IMG/VR virus record: IMGVR_UViG_3300044703_000050
Coordinates: 1-57,725 of that record
Length of the DNA stretch: 57,725 bases
DNA from: a virus
Taxonomy: Duplodnaviria; Caudoviricetes
Reading direction: 5' to 3' (one strand)
Shown: piece after piece, positions 1 through 8,031 of the stretch
Position numbering within the stretch: position 1 is the stretch's first letter
Layout: each line of letters begins with the position of its first letter
Position numbers and translations under genes: made by a program
The notes under the pieces: model-generated
What the model saw: only the letters and a program-made list of their open reading frames with translations
The model's database searches: none
Told to the model about the DNA's origin: nothing

Positions 1-266
1 CTGGACCCAGAGCTGGCCCCCGAGCTGGCCCCAGAGCTGGCCCCAGAGCTGGTCCCCGAGCTGGTCCCAGAGCTGGCCCCCGAGCTGGCCCCAGAGCTGG
101 CCCCCGAGCTGGCCCCAGAGCTGGTCCCTGAGCTGGCCCCAGAGCTGGTCCCCGAGCTGGTCCCTGAGCTGGCCCCCGAGCTGGTCCCAGAGCTGGCCCC
201 CGAGCTGGCCCCAGAGCTGGTCCCCGAGCTGGTCCCTGAGCTGGCCCCCGAGCTGGTCCCCGAGCT
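1..266. repeat. 12-bp tandem repeat (GAGCTGG[T/C]CCC[C/A/T]), about 22 units, coding L-[G/W/R]-[D/G]-Q on the minus strand
   Basis: Directly visible. The same repeat occupies the last ~215 bp of the window, indicating a circular genome broken in the repeat. Confidence 0.97.
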
Positions 267-537
267 TCTTTTCCAGCACGGCGCGCTGGTTCTCGCCGAG
301 CGTCAAGTTGAGCAGTCGCTCGACGATGGCGCGCGCGATCAGACATGCCATCGGCGACGCCAACAGGATCACTGCCGTCGGCTCTGGCACATCGCCCGCA
401 TGGTAGAGCGTGCGCACCGCCGCGCGCGCAGCGTCGGCATGGACGGGAGCAGTCGAAAGCCCGACTGCACGCCAGCGTTCCCGGGCCGCAGGAAGCTCCG
501 CTTCCTGCTCCGGCGTCATTTTTTCGATGCGTTTCAT
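1..537 (-). CDS. N-terminal part of a DUF6745-type tetrapeptide-repeat protein (continues across the window junction)
   Basis: ATG at 537 reads MKRIEKMTPEQEAELPAARERWRAVGLST...SPMAC...KKLGDQLGGQ and stays open to base 1. It lies just after the stop of the upstream gene (540). Confidence 0.8.
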   Translation of the reverse strand, partial: MKRIEKMTPEQEAELPAARERWRAVGLSTAPVHADAARAAVRTLYHAGDVPEPTAVILLASPMACLIARAIVERLLNLTLGENQRAVLEKKLGDQLGGQLRDQLGDQLWGQLGGQLWDQLGGQLRDQLGDQLWGQLRDQLWGQLGGQLWGQLGGQLWDQLGDQLWGQLWGQLGGQLWVQ

Positions 538-539
538 TG

Positions 540-1034
540 TCAGTCCACCACCACGCGCTCTTCGGCACCCGCACTCTCGACTTGGCGGCCAAGATAGTAG
601 TTGCCGGGCGGCACGCGAATGCCGTTGTGTTCCTCGTGCCCGATCACGACCGGGCCACCTTCGACGACAAGGCAGCCGATGGCGAGATCGGTGCGGGTTA
701 AGATGCCGGCGTGGCGGAGCGCCTCGACGGCGGCGGGATCGCGGTAGAGGTGTGCGATGCCGGCTGACTTGCCGCCGAACGCGCGGCGCAGCTTGGTGTC
801 GCGGACGTGCAGCACGGGATCGGCTGCGGCTACCTCCGGCCGGAAGTGGTGACGACGCGGCAGGTTGATCGCGTGATGATGCCCGCTCGCTTCGCCTTCC
901 TGGATGATCAGCCTGCCGTCGACGGGCACGATCTCGTCGCGTCGCACGATCGTGATGGCTGCCGGCATCGGAACGATGGCGACGTCGCCCTGAAAGGCTT
1001 GGCCGCTTTTGGGATCAAAATTTCTAATCTGCAC
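540..1034 (-). CDS. Conserved phage protein with QGDV / GEASGHHH / HEEH motifs (usual partner of DUF6745 proteins)
   Basis: ORF 540..1103 carries AFQGDV, EGEASGHHHAI and HEEHNGIRVPPGNY. GTG at 1034 is preceded by GGAGG. Confidence 0.75.
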   Translation of the reverse strand: MQIRNFDPKSGQAFQGDVAIVPMPAAITIVRRDEIVPVDGRLIIQEGEASGHHHAINLPRRHHFRPEVAAADPVLHVRDTKLRRAFGGKSAGIAHLYRDPAAVEALRHAGILTRTDLAIGCLVVEGGPVVIGHEEHNGIRVPPGNYYLGRQVESAGAEERVVVD

Positions 1035-1365
1035 GATGGCCTCCTTCATGAGAGCCGCGCCGGTCGGGCGCGACGGGGTTGGGGTCGTGACGCACGCGAG
1101 CATCCGCCCGGCCTGCTTGCCGTTCGGTGTACAGCGCTGCCGCCAGCCGGCGGCCGCGATCGGTCAGCCCGTAGAACGGGCCTTGCAGGCCCTGTCCGGC
1201 TTCGGGCGATTGCCGGTACCAGATTTCCACCAGCAGCTGCCGCCACAGCGACGCGGCAGGCTTGCGCTGCCACGGCTTGAGCGTGACCTGGCCGGCGACA
1301 CCGCAATGCGTGACGAGGTGGCGGATGACTGCAATTTCGCGATTGGTGAGGCGCTGGCCAGTCAT
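1024..1365 (-). CDS. Hypothetical protein, possible winged helix
   Basis: ATGA-coupled to the upstream gene; YGLTDRGR motif is typical of a wHTH wing. Confidence 0.6.
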   Translation of the reverse strand: MTGQRLTNREIAVIRHLVTHCGVAGQVTLKPWQRKPAASLWRQLLVEIWYRQSPEAGQGLQGPFYGLTDRGRRLAAALYTERQAGRADARVRHDPNPVAPDRRGSHEGGHRAD

Positions 1366-2117
1366 GCGGCCTCTTCGATCTTGCCGGTCCAGTTCCAGAA
1401 CCCCTGATAGCCGCGCGCCGGCACCGGCGCGGCGAACGGGCGGATGTCGCCCAGCGGCCAGGCCCAGTTAAAATCCCCGCGATCGCTGTCGTGCGGGAGC
1501 CCGCGGAAAATCGTCCCGGCATTGCGCGGCTTGCCGATCACCGCGGTGCCGAGGCCGGCGCCGAGCGGCAGCAGTCGATACTTCCAGGCCGCCCGCACGC
1601 GCAGCAGCAGCTCGCGTGCGCGGTCGACGACCAGGCCCGTCGTGTCGTGCTCGCCGTCGAGTCGCTTGAGCAGATCCTCGACCTCGGCCGGCTTCACCGG
1701 CCGCACCCCGGCATGGATGACAATATGTTCGCCCGGCTTCGGATGGTTCGCGTAGTCGAGGTAGCTGCGCGGGCGAAACTCGTAGGGCTTGGCCCCGACC
1801 ATGATCAGCGACGCCCACGGCTGCCAGATGGTGCAAGCCTTCACCGGCCGCGATCGGGCGACGATGTCCGCCAGCTGCAGCGTGCCGTTGAGCACCGCGA
1901 TCGCAGTCTCGAGATCGTCGACCGGGACGGTGTCGACCATCCAGGTGCGGGTCGAGCCGGCGTGCTTTCCGGAGCGGATGGTCTGGTCCATCACCGTCAG
2001 GCGGGGCAGGTCCTCCACGGCGTACATGTAGCCATAGCCGCCCTGCAGCTTGAGGTGGGCGATGCCGCGTAGCTTGCGGCCTTTGAAGTCGGCGAGGGTC
2101 AGGAGAGCATCAGCCAT
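1362..2117 (-). CDS. ASCH-domain protein with N-terminal extension
   Basis: KACTIWQPWASLIMVGAKPYEFR ... IVIHAG ... WAWPL ... RGYQGFW is the ASCH/PUA-like signature. Confidence 0.85.
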   Translation of the reverse strand: MADALLTLADFKGRKLRGIAHLKLQGGYGYMYAVEDLPRLTVMDQTIRSGKHAGSTRTWMVDTVPVDDLETAIAVLNGTLQLADIVARSRPVKACTIWQPWASLIMVGAKPYEFRPRSYLDYANHPKPGEHIVIHAGVRPVKPAEVEDLLKRLDGEHDTTGLVVDRARELLLRVRAAWKYRLLPLGAGLGTAVIGKPRNAGTIFRGLPHDSDRGDFNWAWPLGDIRPFAAPVPARGYQGFWNWTGKIEEAA

Positions 2118-2370
2118 TGCCGTTGAACTTCATCGTGCCGACCGCAGCATCCTGCTTGTAGACGCCGCGCAGCACGTCGTTGCGGTTCTGCATCATCATC
2201 CGCTCGGTGAACTCGAACAGGTGCAGCTGCTCCTCGAGCGGCGCGGTGGCGATGTAGTCCGCGATCAGCTCGAGCATGGCGGCGATCGATCCCTCGATCG
2301 TCAGCGCCGGGAAGCGTTCCTCGCGCAGCTGTGCGATTCCGCAGTGCAGGCAAAATTTCTGATTGGTCAC
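2110..2370 (-). CDS. Hypothetical protein
   Basis: Overlap-coupled in the operon; N-terminal CxxC. Confidence 0.6.
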   Translation of the reverse strand: MTNQKFCLHCGIAQLREERFPALTIEGSIAAMLELIADYIATAPLEEQLHLFEFTERMMMQNRNDVLRGVYKQDAAVGTMKFNGNG

Positions 2371-4481
2371 GCTAAGTCTTCCTCGACCCGCCGCAGCATA
2401 CCGCCTTCGTCGGCGACCAGGCCGGACTCGATCATTTCCTTAATAGCGCCGTACCAGGGACCGGCCTTTGCACTCTGCGCGCTGACGTTGAGCGCTTCGG
2501 CCAATTGCTGGCGCGTCATGGGCCGCTTGAGGGCGTCATAGTGGCGTTGCGATTTTTGCAAGAGGTCGTAGCGAGCGGCACGCAGCGTCTCCGCAGTGTC
2601 CGCGCGCGGCGGCGCAAGGATCTCGAATAGCGCACAGCCCTTGGGCGTGATGGCGAATTGACGATCGCCTTCGATCAGCGCCCATTCGCGTAGCGCCTTA
2701 ATGTTGCCGTACCACGGACCGGCCTTTGCGCTCGCCGGCGTTTTCCCGGCCAGCAGCGCCCATTGTTCATTGGTGAGGCGATGGCGCCGGTGGTCGGCGA
2801 GCACGCGCAACATCGTCATGGCCGCGGTGCCGACGGTAGCCGCTATCCGATCGCGCCACAGTGCGAACAGCTCGACTTCGTCTTGTGGATTTTGAGGCAC
2901 GTGCGTGGAGGAGGCGGTGCCCGCCAGTGTCGCGCGAAAGCCGCCGGCGGCTTCTTCGATGAAGCCGTTCGCCAGCAGCGTATTGCGCGAGCGATACCAT
3001 GGCCCCGCCTTCGCGCTTTCTGGCGATTTACCGACGGCAACCGCCCACAGGGCCAATGGCAATGGCTGCGGATACGACCGCACCAGCGCATCGAGCATGG
3101 CCATGTCGGCGCGCGACGGTGCGTTAGCCTGAGAATATTTATCGGATGACTCCTCAGCCGGCGGCCGGGCTTTGCTTGTCGCCGCCGGCACACCCTGATC
3201 TTCGGCGGCGCCTGTGGCTTCGCTGCGCCGCGAGGCACGCTCCCAGCGGCCCTCGCGGGCGACCTCCGCGAGGTGCTCCGCAAGATCGGTCACCTTTCGA
3301 GCGTGATCGCGAACATCGAGTGCCGCGGCATTCCAGTATTCGCCGGCCTGGCGCAGGCCGGCTGTCATCCCGCGCTCGTAGCCACGCTGTTCGGCTTCTC
3401 CGGTTTCTGTTTTCAGCCGCGTGTTCTCGGCTAGCAGTGCGTCCGCTTCTGCCCTGTCCACTTCATCCTCCTGCTGCTTGGGTAGATGCTGCGGCTTCGC
3501 CGGCGGCACCGTTTCGTCAATCGACATGGCGCCGGTCGCGATGTCGCGCGCGTCGTCGGCTGCCATCCACGCGGGCTGCACGTAGACCTTGGCCACGGTT
3601 TGCCCGAAGCACGCGAAGAACTGGCCGCGCTCGAGGGTCGCGACGTCTGCGGCGCTGGGGCGCTTGATGCCGGCCGGGATGTTGGAGAGGTTGCGCTTGA
3701 GCTCGTTGGCTTCCCGCTGCACGCCGATGATCCAGACGGTGCAGCCGCGCAAGATGGTCTTGTCGACGCCGGCCATGTCCTGGCTATCGACCCAGATGTG
3801 GTTGCCGATGCCAGCGCCCTTGCGAACGAGCGTGATGGCCGACACCTTGACCGGCGAGCCCTTGCCCTCGGGCACGAACTCCCAGGCCTCCGGGATCACG
3901 ACCGTGGTGTTGCGGCAACGCTCATTCACCCAATCGAGCGCCGACTGGATGAACAGCATCTGCATCGGCGTGGCGAAGGGGCTCACGTCCATGACGTTGA
4001 TGCCGGTGGCCAGGTCGAGGCGATCGGCGAGATCGGCGCGCTCGATCTCCGGCACGATCAAGTCGAGATAGGCGTCAAGCTGGGTGTAGACGCCTTCGTT
4101 GATACCTCTGGCGGTGGCGAGCGCCTCACGAACGCGTTCCTGCACTTCCGCCAGCGTTTCCGTGTTTCGGCAGATCTTCATGATCCAGGGGCGCAGGAAT
4201 TTGTTCTTCTCCTGCAGGGTGGCATCGAGGATCGAGGTGACGAACTGCCAATCGGCGCGATCGCGGAAGTAGGGCTTCACCCGGCGGCCGGCGGCGAACG
4301 AGCCTTCGCCGCGCTTGGTGATGAAGGTCAGCGCGGTGGCGCCCGACCTGGTCGCCAGCGCCTCAAGCGTCGTGGTCTTGCCCGACTCCTGGGTCTGGCC
4401 TGTGACCGCCAGGTGGCGCAGCGGGATGGCGATCGGCGCGCCGGTGCCGAGCTCGTAGCCGAGGTGGACGGAGGCTTTCAT
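2367..4481 (-). CDS. HerA/DUF87-like P-loop ATPase with three C-terminal repeats
   Basis: HLAVTGQTQESGKTT Walker A; VVIPEAW at the Walker B position; LVRKGAGIG arginine-finger-like segment; SAKAGPWY occurs three times in the C-terminus. Confidence 0.8.
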   Translation of the reverse strand: MKASVHLGYELGTGAPIAIPLRHLAVTGQTQESGKTTTLEALATRSGATALTFITKRGEGSFAAGRRVKPYFRDRADWQFVTSILDATLQEKNKFLRPWIMKICRNTETLAEVQERVREALATARGINEGVYTQLDAYLDLIVPEIERADLADRLDLATGINVMDVSPFATPMQMLFIQSALDWVNERCRNTTVVIPEAWEFVPEGKGSPVKVSAITLVRKGAGIGNHIWVDSQDMAGVDKTILRGCTVWIIGVQREANELKRNLSNIPAGIKRPSAADVATLERGQFFACFGQTVAKVYVQPAWMAADDARDIATGAMSIDETVPPAKPQHLPKQQEDEVDRAEADALLAENTRLKTETGEAEQRGYERGMTAGLRQAGEYWNAAALDVRDHARKVTDLAEHLAEVAREGRWERASRRSEATGAAEDQGVPAATSKARPPAEESSDKYSQANAPSRADMAMLDALVRSYPQPLPLALWAVAVGKSPESAKAGPWYRSRNTLLANGFIEEAAGGFRATLAGTASSTHVPQNPQDEVELFALWRDRIAATVGTAAMTMLRVLADHRRHRLTNEQWALLAGKTPASAKAGPWYGNIKALREWALIEGDRQFAITPKGCALFEILAPPRADTAETLRAARYDLLQKSQRHYDALKRPMTRQQLAEALNVSAQSAKAGPWYGAIKEMIESGLVADEGGMLRRVEEDLA

Positions 4482-4765
4482 AGAACGCGCTCTCCGCGGA
4501 TTGCCGCGGCGGCGATGGCAGCGGCGCCGGTCGCTGCGGCGCCATTGTCTCTCTCGTCTAGCTCGTGCGCCTCATCGCAGAGCTTTGCGCAACGGGTGCG
4601 CTCGTATGTCGCCGCTTTAGCTTCAACGTTTTGGAGGCGTTCGATCTCCTGTAGAGCCTCCATGTAGCTCAAAACGAGCCTTTGGCTGTCGACCGCGATT
4701 ACGCCGGCCGACGTGAAACAGCATCCGGCCGTTTCTAGCTTGGCCTTAAGTTCGTCGGGGCTCAT
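4478..4765 (-). CDS. Hypothetical protein
   Basis: MSPDELKAKLE... start is ATGA-coupled; ERTRCAKLCD...AAAIR is a motif common in phage early proteins. Confidence 0.65.
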   Translation of the reverse strand: MSPDELKAKLETAGCCFTSAGVIAVDSQRLVLSYMEALQEIERLQNVEAKAATYERTRCAKLCDEAHELDERDNGAAATGAAAIAAAAIRGERVL

Positions 4766-4929
4766 CGGCTGCCGCCGATCAGTTCGCGATACTCGTAACA
4801 GAGCACGTCGTCGCCCCAGCACTCCCGCCGCTCGACGGCGCGGAGCCAGCGGAGGTAGCCATCGATGCGCACCGGGTGCCAGGCGAACCAGGGGTGCCAG
4901 CCGCTGTGGTCCTGCAGAGGGGGGCTCAT
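4762..4929 (-). CDS. Small Trp-rich phage protein (55 aa, below ORF-track cutoff)
   Basis: Manual translation: MSPPLQDHSGWHPWFAWHPVRIDGYLRWLRAVERRECWGDDVLCYEYRELIGGSR; ATGA overlap with the next gene. Confidence 0.7.
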   Translation of the reverse strand: MSPPLQDHSGWHPWFAWHPVRIDGYLRWLRAVERRECWGDDVLCYEYRELIGGSR

Positions 4930-5032
4930 CGGCGCGCCGCCATGTCAGAATCGCAGGGCCCTTCCGGCTGGACCGCGTCCGGGCTATACCCCTGTCGGTC
5001 AGAATCGCAGTGAGCGATTCCAACGGTTTGGC

Positions 5033-5060
5033 GCAGGTTCGAATCCTGCTGCCCCGACCA
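5033..5060 (+). pseudogene. tRNA 3' fragment (T-arm + acceptor strand + CCA), tRNA-Pro-like; probable relic att core
   Basis: GCAGG-TTCGAAT-CCTGC-TGCCCCG-A-CCA; no convincing canonical 5' half. Confidence 0.6.
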
Positions 5061-5089
5061 CCAACGGCCACCCCGAAAACTCGGTTTTT

Positions 5090-5314
5090 GCGATTCGACT
5101 CCGGTCATGGGGAGAGTCGAATCCTGGGCCTTAACGCCCCTCTTGCCCCCGCCAGAGTCGAATCGTAAGCTGTTTTGGCTGCAAAACCCCCGGCCTGTCA
5201 CGCCGGAGGTCGCGGGTTCGAGTCCCGTCGCTCCCGCCAGTTTTTGAACTGATTCAATCATTTAGAAGTTTCCTGTTTTGCGATTCGACTCTCGCCGTCG
5301 AGGCGATTCGACTC
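5090..5314. repeat. Integrase arm-type sites: five copies of (GC)GATTCGACTC flanking the att core
   Basis: Direct copies at 5090-5101, 5280-5291 and 5303-5314; inverted copies at 5114-5123 and 5155-5165. Confidence 0.8.
5190..5239 (+). other. attP core: 3' two-thirds of tRNA-Asp(GTC)
   Basis: CCGGC-CTGTCAC-GCCGG-AGGTC-GCGGG-TTCGAGT-CCCGT-CGCTCCCGCCA lacks the tRNA 5' end. It sits just downstream of the integrase, between arm repeats. Confidence 0.9.
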
Positions 5315-5373
5315 TGCGTCCGCGATCTGTTCCCGCTCCAAGCGATCGGGGAGGGCCTGTAACCAACGGCGCT

Positions 5374-6681
5374 TCATCGATCTTCTCCCTTAGCGCCCCG
5401 CAGGCGCGTTCGCCCACGGAGGCGAGAGGCGTCGGCCATGCGCACCAGCGTCGCGTCAGGCGGCAGCGCTGTGGCCGGCAGGTAGGTTTCCCGCAGCATG
5501 CGGCTCTTGTCGATGGTGTTAGCCATCTTGCCGGCGAGTGTCTTGTCATCGGCGTGGCCGGCCTTGACCTCGATCGCGCCGGAGCGACGGAAGTCCGATA
5601 TCTGGCGGTGGGCGCCCGGGAACACGACGGAGCGCACGTCGCGGAAGTCGTCGCCGAACGTGTCTGCGGTGTAGGGCACAGGCGGCCGCGGCTTGCCGCC
5701 CTTGCGGGTGGCCTTGTGGCCGCGCGTGTAGAAGATCGGCGCGCTCTTCAGGAGGTTCGGAGGCAGCGTCGTCATGTAGGCCTTGAGGACGCGCTGGGTC
5801 TTGTGACTGAGTGTCCCGATCGCAGCCGCGCCGCTCTTGGTACGATCGAGCGAGAAGAACGGCCCCTCGGCGTCGCCGGTGAGCTGCGCCAGCGTGAGCG
5901 TGCGCACGTCGACCGGCGAAAGCATCGTGTCCCAGGAGACCGCTAGCGCGGCGGCGAGACCGCGGTAGCCCAGGCGCCAGGCGCCCTTCACGAGCTGGCG
6001 CAGCTCGTCGTAGTTCCAGAAGGCACTGCGCGGCTTCGGGGTCTTGCGACGGATGCCGAGCGAGGGGTCGTTGTCCCGCTCGCAGTAGTGCTCGCCGTCG
6101 TTGCGCTTGAGTGAGCCGACCACGTACCACATCGCGCGCCAGATCTTCATGGCGCGGTGCGCCTCGCGCACGCCGATGGTTTCGAGCAGGCCCTTCACGC
6201 TTGGGTCGTCGGGATCTCCGGCGTACCACAGATCGACATCCTCAAGGGTGACCGTGCGCGGGTCGACGTCGCCGAATACCGGCTCGATGTGCTTCCAGCC
6301 GCGCCACCAATCCTCGCGCGTGCGCGGCTTCTTGCCGCTGCGCCACTCGTTGGTCCTGCGATAGCGCGCGAAACCCTCGCCGAGGCTGTTGGGCGGGAAC
6401 ACGCGCTCGATCTGGGACGGGTCGACCGCCACCGCGCCGGCGAGATAGGCAGCGCGCGCGGCTCGCCATTTGACGTTGTAGGCTTCCGCGATCGCCCAGG
6501 CGCGCGCTCCATCCTCGCCGCAATTGATCAGCGCGAAGCCGAGTTTTGCCATCAGCGTCGGCTCGATCCTGCCGGTCTTTGGATTGCGGCGTTTGAGGCA
6601 CGGCGCCCAGTAGCCCCAGCGCTTCTTGCTGCCGGGCCAGGCCTTGCGGGTCACGTAATAGGGGATGTTCACGTCACCCAC
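5374..6681 (-). CDS. int: Tyrosine recombinase / phage integrase (divergent active site)
   Basis: 435 aa adjacent to attP; RTKSG, DFRRSG and C-terminal ETY correspond to the K, box-II R and Y positions. Confidence 0.8.
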   Translation of the reverse strand: MGDVNIPYYVTRKAWPGSKKRWGYWAPCLKRRNPKTGRIEPTLMAKLGFALINCGEDGARAWAIAEAYNVKWRAARAAYLAGAVAVDPSQIERVFPPNSLGEGFARYRRTNEWRSGKKPRTREDWWRGWKHIEPVFGDVDPRTVTLEDVDLWYAGDPDDPSVKGLLETIGVREAHRAMKIWRAMWYVVGSLKRNDGEHYCERDNDPSLGIRRKTPKPRSAFWNYDELRQLVKGAWRLGYRGLAAALAVSWDTMLSPVDVRTLTLAQLTGDAEGPFFSLDRTKSGAAAIGTLSHKTQRVLKAYMTTLPPNLLKSAPIFYTRGHKATRKGGKPRPPVPYTADTFGDDFRDVRSVVFPGAHRQISDFRRSGAIEVKAGHADDKTLAGKMANTIDKSRMLRETYLPATALPPDATLVRMADASRLRGRTRLRGAKGEDR

Positions 6682-6973
6682 TGCCGATTCTCGCTATCCG
6701 CTGCCGCACGACGTCTTTAGCGTCGCGCGCGTTGGAAGCGAGGGTCAATGGTGCGGCCTGTGGATAGAGCTGTGGATAGCGGGCGCGGCGCCAGGCATCG
6801 ATGGCGTCGAGATCGTAATTGCCGGTGTCGGGATCGGCTTGCGGGAACGGCGGCGTGCGCGCCTGCAGATGCGGCAGCGCGGCCTTGAACTGCTCGGACG
6901 ACAGGCCGAGACGACGCGCTGCTACCGCCGGCGGGACGTCGCCACCTGGTGGGAGCTTGAAGCGCATCGTCAT
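6674..6973 (-). CDS. Excisionase-like HTH protein
   Basis: AARRLGLS...FPQADPDTGNYDLDAIDAW is AlpA/Xis-like; the gene overlaps the integrase start. Confidence 0.7.
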   Translation of the reverse strand: MTMRFKLPPGGDVPPAVAARRLGLSSEQFKAALPHLQARTPPFPQADPDTGNYDLDAIDAWRRARYPQLYPQAAPLTLASNARDAKDVVRQRIARIGSG

Positions 6974-6976
6974 GGG

Positions 6977-7186
6977 TCATCCCTCCATGATGGCGACGTA
7001 GTCCGCCGGCGCCAGGCAGACGGTGTAGGTGTCCTTGGGGATGACGGCGATCTGATCGAAGCCACGGCAGCCGAGGACCTTGCGGCCGTGGCAGCACATA
7101 ATCCTGCCTTGGGGGACGATGGCGGTGGACTGCGGGTTGAGCGCGCGCAGGAGGTGGCGGTCGGTGACGGTGAGGGTCAGCGTCAT
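6977..7186 (-). CDS. Hypothetical protein
   Basis: Fills the operon gap with ATGA coupling. Confidence 0.55.
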   Translation of the reverse strand: MTLTLTVTDRHLLRALNPQSTAIVPQGRIMCCHGRKVLGCRGFDQIAVIPKDTYTVCLAPADYVAIMEG

Positions 7187-8031
7187 GTCGAGAGTCGCTC
7201 GTTGGCGATCAATTGCACGAACGCGAACTTGTCGACCTTTCGCAGATCGATGCGATCGAGATTGTCGAGCACGTAGCGGCGCAAATCAGCCGGCTTAATG
7301 ATCCAGCGCGAGCCGCCCTGTTGCGGCGAACGCGCATCTTTGCGGCGCGCCGCCTTGATCTCGCCCTTGCCGGCCATGATGCCAACGGTCTTGCTGTCGA
7401 AGCCGACGATGACTGCAGCCTGGTGCGCCGACAGGCCTTCATTAAAACGCCGGGAAACGTCGAGGCGCTTGGCCCTCACCATGATCGCTGTCGGCGAACG
7501 GGCGAAGCCGTGTTCGCGGAAAATCTTCGAGCACTTGTTGACATCGTGAAGTGGCACCTTCCGAAGGAGCGCGGTCTCGGCCGCCGTCCAGGGCGGCGTT
7601 TTCTTGTGCGGCATCACCAGGCCAAGCTTGGTCGCTCGCTTCGTTACCCACCAGCGCGGCAGCTTGAGCTTGTCGGCGATCGCGTTGATGGCGCCGCGCT
7701 TCTTGCCATCCTGCAGCTCGTATTCGCGGCGCAGGATATCGTCGATATCGGCAGGAGGATTGATCTCAGAGAGAGAGCCGCCGCCTCTGGTGCGCGGCGC
7801 ATAGAGGCCGAGCTTGTTAGCCTGCCCATAGATAGAGCATTTGGACGTGTGCTGCGGCGGCAGATGCGCGGCGCAGGCGGCAACGCCGCCGAGCGGATAG
7901 TATTTCCGCATGATCTGGTTTTCCGCCTCGGTCCAGAAGCGGCCGGAGCGCCGACCGGCGACGTAAGGTGCAGACACTCGCGGGGCGTGCTGGCGGCCCT
8001 TCTTGAACGAAACCGGCGTGAGCACACTCAT
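7183..8031 (-). CDS. Multi-HTH DNA-binding protein
   Basis: Two WTxAE(N/T) Myb-like repeats and a C-terminal MerR/Xis-like HTH; ATG at 8031 is coupled to the ATPase stop. Confidence 0.7.
   Translation of the reverse strand: MSVLTPVSFKKGRQHAPRVSAPYVAGRRSGRFWTEAENQIMRKYYPLGGVAACAAHLPPQHTSKCSIYGQANKLGLYAPRTRGGGSLSEINPPADIDDILRREYELQDGKKRGAINAIADKLKLPRWWVTKRATKLGLVMPHKKTPPWTAAETALLRKVPLHDVNKCSKIFREHGFARSPTAIMVRAKRLDVSRRFNEGLSAHQAAVIVGFDSKTVGIMAGKGEIKAARRKDARSPQQGGSRWIIKPADLRRYVLDNLDRIDLRKVDKFAFVQLIANERLST

Noticed and set aside
1-266. Terminal 12-bp repeats as a CRISPR array or terminal repeats
   Set aside because: There are no unique spacers and no cas genes, and the units are in-frame codons of one gene; this is an assembly break in a coding tandem repeat.
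4960-4972. 13-bp match CCTTCCGGCTGGA shared with the tRNA-Gly locus
   Set aside because: Short and GC-rich, so plausible by chance; the match does not extend.
4980-5060. A complete tRNA ending at 5060
   Set aside because: The acceptor pairing has a mismatch, there is no proper D-arm and the putative anticodon loop lacks U33; kept only as a 3' fragment.
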